A DNA stretch of 28,173 bases from Malacoraja senta (lineage: Eukaryota). Below, piece after piece: positions 1-8,800 of this stretch. The stretch's first letter is position 1, and each line of letters starts with the position of its first letter. A program made the position numbers and the translations under genes. A model generated the notes under the pieces. It was not told the origin of the DNA. It did not search any database and saw only the letters and a program-made list of their open reading frames with translations. The stretch spans positions 62,001 through 90,173 of the forward strand of contig JAXLNO010000454.1 of the NCBI GenBank assembly GCA_038087875.1. The letters are read 5' to 3'.

Positions 1-1093
1 ATGCAAATTACTTTGCCCAGTGAAAAAAGGGTGGAGTTGATTAAAGATTGCAGTAATCTGTTAAACGAGCAAAAACCTCAAATCAGACAGGTGGCTCGAG
101 TACTGGGAAAATTAGTAGATTCCCAGCAGTCCAGTATGGACCATTACATTATCAACAGCTGCAGAGAATCAAAGAACAGGCACTGAGAGTAAATGCTGGT
201 CATTTTGATAGAACCATGCAAGTAACAACAAATGCTGTTTCTAATCTGCAGTGGTGGATTCTACATGTCTCAAGCAGTTCAGGCAAAGTGCTGATTGAAC
301 AACCTTCCATGATATTACAAACTGATGCCAGTGCACTAGGATGGGGTGCAACTGACTTAACATCAAGCTGCGGAGGCAGATGGAATCAGGAAAAGTTAGT
401 GTTACTGCAGACATGGGGAATTACCTATTTGGAGCTTTTAGGAGGTTTCTATGGACTCCAAGCTTATGGTTCTAACACAACTAAAAGGAAGATTCAAGTT
501 CAAATTAATAAACACAACAGTAGTTGCCTATATTAATGATATGGTGGAATTAAGTCGGTGTCATGTGACAAAATGGTTAAATCAACTTTGGTCTTGGTGT
601 ATTGAAAAGAACATTTGGATTTCAGCTATCTATCTACCAGGTAGAATGAACACGATAGCAGACACCAGGTCACGAAAGTTCCATGATAATAAAGAATGGA
701 TGTTGAATCAAGAGGTATTCAATGATATAGTAATCAGATTTGGAATGACCAACATCGACTTGAATCATCAGCTATCGAGATATATCTCATGGAAACCAGA
801 TCCAGGAGCAGTGGCGATTGATGCTTTCTCGCTACATTGGGGTGGTATGTTTTCATATATATTTCCACCTTTCTGCCTCATAAGCCAATGTTTGCTTAAA
901 ATCAGGCAAGATGCTGCTTCAAGGGTATTGGTAGTACCAGATTGGCCTACACAGCCATGGTATCCGTTGATATTAGAATTAACAACACAAATGTTGATGA
1001 AAGTCCCAAAAAAGAGTAATTTATTGCTGCACCCTGTACAGGGGAACAACATCCATTATATCATCGTTTGGATTTGTTGATTTGCAGGTTTTA
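1..1093 (+). pseudogene. DIRS1 pol remnant: RT end, RNase H, N6-adenine methyltransferase-like domain (frameshifted)
   Basis: ITLPSEKR..IRQVARVLGKL (RT end); LQTDASALGWGA, ITYLELL, NTTVVAYIN, YLPGRMNTIADTRSR (RNase H); DAFSLHW..YIFPPF..LVVPDWPTQPWYP (MTase). Split over three ORFs. Confidence 0.9.
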
Positions 1094-1096
1094 AGA

Positions 1097-2058
1097 ATGC
1101 CTTTTCTGGGACGAGGACTGTCTGAGCATACTGTGGACATGCTTACGGCAGCCTGGAGGAAGAGCACTCAAAAACAGTACCTTTCTTATATTAAGAAATG
1201 GGAAGAGTTCTGTGTACAAAAGAATGTGCAATAAAGTACTGCAGATATTTCAAATGTTTAGAATTTCTGTCAAAACTTTATTATGATGAAGGTCTGAGTT
1301 GTAGTGCAATTAATTCAGCCAGAAGTGCATTGTTCTCATATTTGGTTCTGGATTCAGAAAGAAACCCAATTGGGTCACACCCAATTGTTTCCAGACTAAT
1401 GAAAGGAATCTTTAATTCCAAACCACCGAAACCTAGGTACGTGACAATCTGGGATGTAAGTGTGGTACTGAAACTACTTCGTGAATGGTCATCAAGTGTG
1501 TCTTTACCTTTGGTCAAGCTCAGTATGAAAGTATTCATGCTTATGGCATGAGTGACAGCACAACGAGTGCTAACACTTGGAAAATTACAAATAGACAGTA
1601 TGGAAGTAACTGAAGACAAGGTTACATTCTATATCAATGACCTACTAAAGTAAATTAGGCCAGGTGTGACAGGATTTAAAATTATGCTAGCAGCATATCC
1701 AAATGATCCATGTCTGTATTAAGACATATTTATTACAATACATTGAGGTCACAAAGAATTTGAGAATACGGAAACTGGGTTGTTGATCACACACAAGAAA
1801 CCACACAAGAGAGTTTCAATACAGACTATTTCCAGATGGATAAAAGAATTCTTAACAGCTGCTGGTATTAACACTTATGTTTTTACGTCTCACTCGACTA
1901 GGGCAGCAGAAACGTCGGCGGCCAGGGCAAAAGACGTCTCCGTCGACCATATCCTCGCAGCCACCGGGTGGTCCAATGAGTTGATGTTTCAACATTTTTA
2001 CCATCGGCCTATTGTTAATGCGGGGTTGTTTGCAGAAACTATTTTAAGTTCTGTGTAA
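1097..2058 (+). pseudogene. DIRS1 tyrosine recombinase, disabled
   Basis: GLSEHTVDMLTAAWRKSTQKQY..KKWEEFC, SAINSARSAL, HPIVSRLMKGIFN..PKPRY..WDV, TAQRV (catalytic R), HSTRAA (HxxR), TGWS..FQHFY (W and Y). Frameshift near 1230-1250; stops at 1549-1551 and 1651-1653. Confidence 0.92.
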
Positions 2059-2257
2059 ATTCCTCTGGTTTAAAGGGGATCTGATTAATTTCATTATTGA
2101 AATGAATTACTGCATTTGTGGTACAAATGTTATTATGAATGCATGATTGATTATTCTCGTTCCGAGTCAATCTATGCAGTGAGAAGCCGGGATTGATCCA
2201 CGGCATGAAATCACAAAGCTTTAAAATCTTCACGTAGTCACTCACGTGACTCCGAAG

Positions 2258-2575
2258 TAAAATAGTAAGATTAAACGAGAACTTACCTAAGTTTGAAGTT
2301 TGATCTTTATTTTATGAGGAGTTACGTAGGTGATTACGTGCCCACCACGACCCTACCCCCTATCATAAAGGTCAGATGGAAGTTCTTGTATTACTCGTTT
2401 TATTATGAGACTATATTACTTCGGTTGTTGTTTTTTGTGATTTCACACCGCTGCTTTGAAGATTGACGCGCAGGCACACTGGCGGGGTTCTTCACGTAAT
2501 CACCTACGTAACTCCTCATAAACTAAAGATCAAACTTCAAACTTAGGTAAGTTCTCGTTTAATCTTAATATTTTA
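2258..2575. repeat. 83-bp inverted repeat pair (2258-2340 and 2493-2575): DIRS internal complementary region and right terminus
   Basis: Arms are reverse complements with 2 mismatches by eye; 152-bp spacer. Confidence 0.93.
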
Positions 2576-2740
2576 TCTGTTTATTTATTGTGTATATATA
2601 TGGTCTATAGTATATAGACACACTGAACTTTTATCTCCTGTTCTGTATTATGTTTACATATTCTGTTGTGCTGCAGCAAGCAAGAATTTCATTGCCCTAT
2701 CTGGGACACATGACAATAAAACTCTCTTGACTCTTGACTT
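2572..2740 (+). mobile_element. Rex1/Babar-type LINE 3' UTR and tail (apparent target of the DIRS insertion)
   Basis: Resembles the 3' UTR of the Rex1 copy at 20410-20572 (gacacactga..ctgttgtgctg..gcaagaatttcattg..gggacacatgacaataaa); ends in cttgact repeats. Confidence 0.8.
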
Positions 2741-2851
2741 GGACTTAAGCAAAAAAGGGTTCTTGGGAGAAAAATAACTACCTTAAATTTAGTTGCTTCT
2801 GGTTGGTACCTATGGTAGGGTGAAGACTATTCCATGCTTTAATTGTGCAGG

Positions 2852-2922
2852 GGAACTCCATGGAGCAGCCAGCATCTCTGGATAGAAAAAAATGGGTGAT
2901 GTTTCGGGTAGAAACCCTTCTT
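2852..2922 (-). repeat. Degenerate Penelope terminal-repeat (pLTR) fragment
   Basis: cagcatctctgga..tgggtgatgtttcgggtagaaacccttct, similar to 3660-3731 and 26040-26114. Confidence 0.6.
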
Positions 2923-2944
2923 TACATTTCCTCTGGTTTTAGTG

Positions 2945-3045
2945 TTTTTAGTTTAATTTAAAGATACAGTGTGGAAACAGGCCCTTCGGCCCACCGAGTC
3001 CACGCCGACCACCGATCACCCGTACTCTAGTTCTATCCCACACAT
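2945..3045 (-). repeat. V-SINE 3' part with CR1-derived tail
   Basis: Reverse complement reads gggtgatcggtggtcggcgtggactcggtgggccgaagggcctgtttccacactgtatct, matching the tail of the SINE at 19350-19410. Confidence 0.7.
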
Positions 3046-3055
3046 CAGCAACGTA

Positions 3056-3143
3056 AGTCAAGAGTGTTTTATTCTCTCACGTCCCAGTTAGAACAATGAA
3101 ATCCTTACTTGCAGCAGCACAACAGAATATGTAAACATAGTAC
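3056..3143 (-). repeat. Rex1-type LINE 3' tail fragment
   Basis: Reverse complement of the 2650-2735 tail (caagagtgttttatt..caatgaaat..gcagcacaacagaatatgtaaacata). Confidence 0.7.
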
Positions 3144-3173
3144 TTTGTAAGCAATGTTATAAATGAGAAAACA

Positions 3174-3262
3174 AAACTCCATACAGACAGCACCCATATT
3201 CAGGATCAATTCTGGGTCTCTGGTAATTTTAGGCAGCAAATCTATGGCCAATGTACTGCCCC
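3174..3262 (-). repeat. V-SINE 5' fragment
   Basis: Reverse complement contains ccagagacccagaattgatcctg..gggtgctgtctgtatggagttt, similar to 19195-19245. Confidence 0.6.
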
Positions 3263-3411
3263 AATAGCCTTGAACTAAATTAAAACATACAGTAGCTGTA
3301 AAGGGGGACATGGCGTCACTTAGAGATTTAAGACTGAAAATGGATAGTTTCTTTTTTTTTAGTAACCAAAGTTATCAACGTATATTTTTTTGTGTGTTGG
3401 AAAATAAAATA

Positions 3412-3639
3412 TAGTGGCACAGCTGGTGGACTTGCTGCCTCACACGCCAGAGATCGGTGTTCGATCCTGTTCTCGGGCACTATCTGTGTTGAATTTGCAC
3501 ATTCTCCCTGAAAGCATGTGGGTTTCCTCCCTCATCCCAAAGACGCATTGGCTTTGTAGGTTAACTTGTCTCTGTAAAATTGACCCTAATGTGCAGGGAG
3601 TGGGTGAGGAAAGTGGGATAACAGAACTTGTGTGAATGG
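3412..3639 (+). mobile_element. tRNA-derived V-SINE (HE1-like), 3' tail missing
   Basis: Pol III A box tggcacagctgg, B box gttcgatcc, V-domain tttgcacattctccc..gtgggtttcctcc..ccaaagac..aaattgaccc. Confidence 0.8.
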
Positions 3640-4069
3640 GTAGACAAAAATGCTGGAAAAACTCAGCAGGTGAGGCAGCATCTATGGAGCAAAGGAAATA
3701 GGCGACGTTTTGGGTCGAGACCCTTCTTCAGACTGATGTCGGGAGGGGTGGGGGGCGGGAAAAAGAAAGGAAGAGGCGGAGACAGTAGGCTATGGGAGGG
3801 AAGGGAGGGAGAAAGCAAGGACTACCTGAAATTGGAGAAGCCAATGTTCATACCGCTGGGGTGTAAACTACCCAAGCAAAATATGAGGTGCTATTCCTCC
3901 AATTTGCAGTGGGCCTCACTCTGGCGATGGAGGAGGCCCAGGACAGAAAGGTCGGATTTGGAATGGGAGAGGGAATTGAAGTGCTGAGCCACCGGGAGAT
4001 CAGGTTGGTTATTGCGAACTGAGAGGTGTTGTGCGAAGCGATTGCCAAGCCTGCGCTTGGTCTCACCGA
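3639..4069 (-). mobile_element. 5'-truncated Penelope-like element: GIY-YIG endonuclease C-terminus plus pLTR with a mutated hammerhead core
   Basis: GETKRRLGNRFAQHL..PVAQHFNS..KLEE then HLIFCLGSLHPSGMN. Minus-strand CTGAAGA-AGGGTCTCGACCC-AAAACGTC at 3704-3731. Confidence 0.9.
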
Positions 4070-4437
4070 GGTTGATCATACGCTGAATAACCATATTTTT
4101 GTTTGGAAGAGGAAAGAGATAATAGAAATTGCCTTCATTGCAACGTGTAGAAAGAGATGAGATACTGTATTGTAATTTTGCTGCATGTCATTGTGGTATA
4201 TATCATGTCTTGATTGGTGAATATGTTTAGTTTGTGACTTTATTTGAAGCAGAAATAATATGTGAATGCTTCATTGACCATAATTCCGACTGGTAACTAC
4301 GCACTTCGTCCGAGCACATTATCGCACACGTCATGCATGCCGTCTTAAATGACCACCTAAACTGTCATTGGGCAACCTAAAAAGCTGCCGAGGTTGCCCG
4401 GCTGGCAACAGGGAAAAAAAGTTAAGCGAGAGCCCTG
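4070..4437 (+). mobile_element. Right-end fragment of the CAGGGCTC-ended non-autonomous DNA transposon (hAT-like)
   Basis: Near-identical to 22822-23192 and to the reverse complement of 27678-28042; ends in gcgagagccctg. Confidence 0.85.
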
Positions 4438-5390
4438 ATCAGTGTGTCCATATACCATTATATAAATATATACACACATGAATAAATAAAACAGATAAAG
4501 TGCAAATAAACAGATAATGGACTATTAATGTCCAGAGTTTTGTTTGAGTTGAGTTTAATAGCCTGATGGCTGTGAGGAAGTAGCTATTTCTGTACCTGGA
4601 CGTTGCAGTCTTCAGGCTCCTGTACCGTCTACCTGAAGGTAGCAGGGAGATGAATGTGTGGCCAGGATGGTGTGGATCCTTGACGACGCTGCCAGCCTTT
4701 TTGAGGCAGCGACTGCGATAGATCCCCTCGATGGTAAGGAGGTCAGAGCCGATGATGGACTGGGCAGTGTTTACTACTTTTTGTAGTCTTTTCCGCTCCT
4801 GGGCGCTCAAGTTGCCGAACCAAGCCACGATGCAACCGGTCAGCATGCTCTCTACTGTGCACCTGTAGGTTAGAGAGAGTCCTCCTTGACATACCGTAAT
4901 CTTCTCAGGAAGTAGAGGCGCTGATGTGCTTTCTTTATAATTGCATCAGTGTTCTCGGCCCGGGAGAGATCTTCAGAGATGTGCACGCCCAGGAATTTAA
5001 AGCTCTTGACCCTTTCCACCATCGACCTGTTGATATAAATGGGACTGTGGGTTCCCATCCTACCTCTTCCAAAGTCCACAATCAGTTCCTTGGTTTTGCT
5101 GGTGTTGAGGGCCAGGTTATTGTGCTGGCACCATTTGGTCAGCCGGTCGATCTCTCTTCTATATTCTGACTCGTCCCCATCAGTGATACGTCCCACAACA
5201 GTGGTGTCGTCAGCGAACTTGATGATGGAGTTCGCACTATGACCAGCTACGCAGTCATGAATATATAGTGAGTACAGCAGGGGGCTGAGCACGCAGCCTT
5301 GAGGTGCTCCCATGCTGATTGTTATCGAGGCTGACACCTTTCCACCAATTCGAACAGTCTGTGGTCTGTGAATGAGGAAGTCGAGGATCC
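4438..5390 (-). mobile_element. Rex1/Babar LINE, 5'-truncated RT
   Basis: GAPQGCVLSPLLYSLY, IIKFADDTTVVG, LNTSKTKELIVDF, FKFLGVHIS, KKAHQRLYFLRRL, LLPSGRRYRS. Confidence 0.93.
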
Positions 5391-5575
5391 TATCGAGGAG
5401 CATGCAAAAACTGCAAATACAATACTGAATGCGTTTGCAGTAAAGAAAACTTTTTAGAAATGTTTTGTGTGTTGATTTGATTGCCTGTTACTGTTAGACT
5501 GTATTAGTGTGTGCAGTGCACCTTTAATGGTTCTCCTGACCTAACAACTTCACATCACATCAACTTCAACATGAA

Positions 5576-5662
5576 ATAGTGATGTGAACACAACATTTAG
5601 TTCGACTTCAATTTCCATTGTGAAAATTGAAGTCAAACTAAATGGTGCATTTACATTACTAT
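5576..5662. repeat. Isolated 87-bp imperfect palindrome (hairpin)
   Basis: Core arms catttagttcgacttcaattt and aaattgaagtcaaactaaatg pair at 20 of 21 positions; pairing extends outward to atagtgatgtgaa and tttacattactat. Confidence 0.85.
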
Positions 5663-6404
5663 GACCACTTTCAAACTAATCTATTTTACTGTCATACTAT
5701 TATAACAAATTCCAGTTCCATGATGACTCATAAACAAGATCACAAATCACATTTTGAATACTCAAACATAATGTGATTGTGAATAATTGCAGAGCTGCCA
5801 AGTTTCACTGAGCATTTCTGTATTTTGATGGCTGAAAATTAGTATTTTGTTGGGTAAATCGGTATTTCTCACATACATGCAATAGAATGTACTACACAGA
5901 AACTGGATTTTTGAAAATCAGTGTTTGCATGCAACCTCATATAGTCTCAAATATTATTATGGAATACTGAAAATCAGTACTACTGAATTGTGAAACCATT
6001 TTTGAAATGTGAATTTATAATTCTTGATTTTGATTCCATGACATAAAATATATAATAACATAACATAAATTTCACAATTCATCATATAGTTTACCAAACA
6101 ATCAAACATGCTGGCAAGATGCTGCATAATCATTCAGGTGCTCCTGGTAAATGTCACATAAAGGTGAGTAGCATGGTAAGTAGAATTTTAAAGAATCTCC
6201 CAGTGTTACTATTGTTGAGCCATGCTGACTAGCATGACTGGAATTAGTTCTTAGTTCACTGTCACTCAGCATGCTGGCATGATGCTGCAAAATCATTCAT
6301 GTGCTCCTGAATGTATATTGCCATTTACCACTACTTCTACTAATGCAAAGGCATTCGTTGGCCTTAGCCTATGTGCCATGCCTGGTTCCACAAATATAGC
6401 ACCT

Positions 6405-6728
6405 CAGACCAGTTTATCTAGCATGGCAGTCCTCAGTTTGTTAATGCTGTCAAAGCATGTGTCGTTCCGCAGTACACTGATGTAGGTGGCCCTACTTCTA
6501 CCTCTTCTTGCAGTGCCCCGTATGGTCTCCCATTATTATCTTTAATGGCAGTCCTCAGTTCGTTAACGTTGTCCAAAGCTTGTGTCATTCCGCAGCTAGT
6601 ACACTGATGTTGGTAGCCCGACTTCTACCTCTTCTTGCAGTGCAAGGTTTGGGCTCCCAAAGTGTGAGGGGATTAGCAGAGAGTTCAGGGTTCCTCTCAC
6701 AGACTTGGACAACACTCTTGGCAGACCA
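6405..6728 (-). mobile_element. RTE/RTE-X-like LINE ORF C-terminal remnant, internally duplicated (6423-6516 and 6545-6643)
   Basis: Minus-strand translation gives GLPRV..CERNPELSANPLTLWEPK..ARRGRSRATYISVLRNDT..INKLRTAMLDK, resembling the RTE-clade C-terminal WEP..RGR..TY..L..D..LR.AM.DR pattern. Confidence 0.65.
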
Positions 6729-7091
6729 GCATATATTGCCATTTAGCCATAAATCACATTTTCCAGTTCCATTTTCCGAGAATGTAATTGTGCAAACCTA
6801 GTCACCACTTTCTCCAAGCCATGGGCAAAGTCATAGTGAATGTGCATTAAGGAGAGTGCAGACAGCCTGTCATTGTTCATGGAAGTCCTGGCGTAGTGAT
6901 GCAGGCTACGGGCACTCATGGCACGCCTGCATATATTGCCATTACCCATAAATCACGTTTTTCCAGTTCCATTTTCCAAGAATGTAACTGCGCATACCTA
7001 GTCACCACATTGTCCGAGTTATGGGCAAAGTCATAGTGAATGTGGATTAAGGTGATTGCAGACAGCCTGTCATTGCTCATGGAAGTCCTGG
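6729..7091 (-). pseudogene. Two tandem copies (6729-6891 and 6929-7091) of a hAT transposase C-terminal dimerisation-domain fragment (THAP12/ZMYM/Tip100-like)
   Basis: RTSMNNDRLSALSLMHIHYD..VVTRFAQLHSRKMEL and RTSMSNDRLSAITLIHIHYD..VVTRYAQLHSWKMEL; 200-bp period. Confidence 0.85.
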
Positions 7092-7150
7092 TCTTTGTTT
7101 CTTGGCGGATGTGAAAACGTGTTTGTCCTCGTTGGCTGATCAAAAGTAAG

Positions 7151-7780
7151 ATGCCGAGCGAGATCGCGCCACTGCAAGCATACCGCCCGAGGCGAGCATC
7201 TCTCTGCCGCTCAGGTTCATGACCAAGAGTCCCGGCTACCTCCGCAGTCAAATGGAGGGGGACAGGCGGGGTCGGCAGAGCGCCGTGGAGAGACTGGTGG
7301 CCGACAAGGCCAAGCACTTGAAGAGCCAGACGGCAAGTGGGTGCAAAGTAGAGCCCAATGGTTTGGGCAGCTCTGCCTCCAAGGAAGACAGCGGCAGCGG
7401 GGCCAGCAGCAGCATGAAGACTTACCTGGCCTCCGGCAGCCTCCAGCAGAGCGGGCAGCTGGGGGCTCCCGTCTGTGCGTCGCTCCAGCTCCTAGAGGCA
7501 GCTCAGGCCCAACTCGCTGGTCATGTACCGGCAGAAGTGAGAGTTCGTGCAGGGAGCAGCCGCCACCAGCAGCGCCCGCAGTTTCAAGGCCAGTGGCAGC
7601 TTGGTCCGGCGGCTGCTGCCCGGCTCTAGCAGCTGGGGCAACAAGCAGGAGGGGCTGGCAACGGGAGCAGCAACGTCGGAAGGGGGAGAATTAGCAGAGG
7701 GTACAGAGGCTGCAGCACCCCAGGGTTCACAAGTAACCACACCAGCAGCACCCAGGGAGAACAGCAGCCTCGCCAGCCCC
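7151..7780 (+). pseudogene. FAM110C: FAM110C-like pseudogene or gene fragment (N-terminal half)
   Basis: MPSEIA, frameshift, SLPLRFMTKSPGYLRSQMEG..RQSAVERLVADKAKHLKSQ; second frameshift near 7474; VRRSSS*RQLRPNSLVMYRQK*EFVQG..GSLVRRL. These match the FAM110 motifs PLR..NKGP.Y.R, SAVERL.ADKAKY.KSQ and RPDSLV.YRQK. Stops at 7493-7495 and 7538-7540. The family call is firm; paralogue C is less certain, and the 3' boundary is approximate. Confidence 0.85.
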
Positions 7781-7810
7781 CCCCACAACTTACTCGGACA
7801 GCGTATCGCT

Positions 7811-8010
7811 NNNNNNNNNNNNNNNNNNNNNNNNNNNNNNNNNNNNNNNNNNNNNNNNNNNNNNNNNNNNNNNNNNNNNNNNNNNNNNNNNNNNNNNNNN
7901 NNNNNNNNNNNNNNNNNNNNNNNNNNNNNNNNNNNNNNNNNNNNNNNNNNNNNNNNNNNNNNNNNNNNNNNNNNNNNNNNNNNNNNNNNNNNNNNNNNNN
8001 NNNNNNNNNN
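7811..8010. other. Assembly gap (200 N)
   Basis: Run of exactly 200 N, probably a fixed-size placeholder. Confidence 0.99.
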
Positions 8011-8399
8011 CAAAACTTTCTCTTCATTCCTCTAGCATACTGCCTTGCTTTTTGGAACTACGATACTACCAACCTTCTCATTTCCACTGTCTTTTCCCTT
8101 ATTAATCTATTGCAATTTCTAATTGTACATTATAAATCCAAAGTTAAAACTGGATTTACAGACAAGTATGTAAAGCTGACATATTGTGGATTATTTTTAC
8201 TCAGATCAGCACATCATTCCACAAGTATATTCTTAAGTTAAAAAAAAGTTACTTTGAGAAATAGCAGATCATTTAGCTGCACATGCTTACTGTAATTAAA
8301 CAAGATGCTGTCAGATTTCGTAGACTACTTGACCACTTTCATAGACGAATATCATTTCCATAATTTTAGTATCTAATAATTAATCTATCGCTGCTTTTC

Positions 8400-8800
8400 T
8401 TGAATACACTTTGGAACTGAACACAATGCTCAAGTGGAGAATTCAAAACATTCACCGGTGTCTGGATGGAAAAGTTTATCAACTCTGACCAGCAATATTT
8501 ATTTTAATTTTGAGACTGTGACCCCTAGTTCTAGAGACTTAACCAGACAAAATCATTCTGGTTTCCAGTCCGTCATGTCCTGCAAGAATTTTACGCACTT
8601 GATGAGATCAACTTTCATCCTTCTAAATTCAAGCATAGCCCCAATCTGAATATGTCCTTTTCCAACAAATTTATCATACTTGCAATGAATTCGGTGAACC
8701 TTCCTTCAATTACAAGTTTATCTTCCCACAGATTCAGAGATCAGGATTATACACCATATTCCTAGATCCCATAAAATTGGAGCAACAAGGCCAATGGACC
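8400..8800 (-). mobile_element. Old, degenerate CR1 LINE 3' fragment
   Basis: ttttgagactgtgacccctagttctag and gatgagatcaactttcatccttctaaattc resemble the reverse complement of the CR1 3' region at 12860-13000. Confidence 0.55.

Larger units (their letters stand above)
1..2575 (+). mobile_element. DIRS1-like tyrosine-recombinase retrotransposon, 3' half, decayed (5' part lies outside the window)
   Basis: Domain order RT C-terminus, RNase H, DAM-like methyltransferase, tyrosine recombinase, then an internal complementary region and terminal inverted repeat. This order is diagnostic for DIRS1. Confidence 0.93.

Noticed and set aside
1097..2058. Phage integrase, or bacterial contamination/horizontal transfer
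   Set aside because: It follows RT, RNase H and MTase domains and precedes DIRS termini, so it is the normal DIRS1 recombinase.
3412..3470. tRNA gene
   Set aside because: The A and B boxes run into a V-SINE body and there is no complete cloverleaf.
7362..7375. gggcagctctg as the partner TIR of cagagctgccaa at 5790
   Set aside because: It lies inside continuous FAM110-like coding sequence and has no TSD. The similar word near 9325 is part of CR1.
7219..7629. Intact 136-aa gene
   Set aside because: FAM110 similarity starts upstream in another frame and leaves this frame near 7474; the correct frame has two stops.
7492..8035. Long ORFs spanning 7811-8010
   Set aside because: They are open only because of the N gap.
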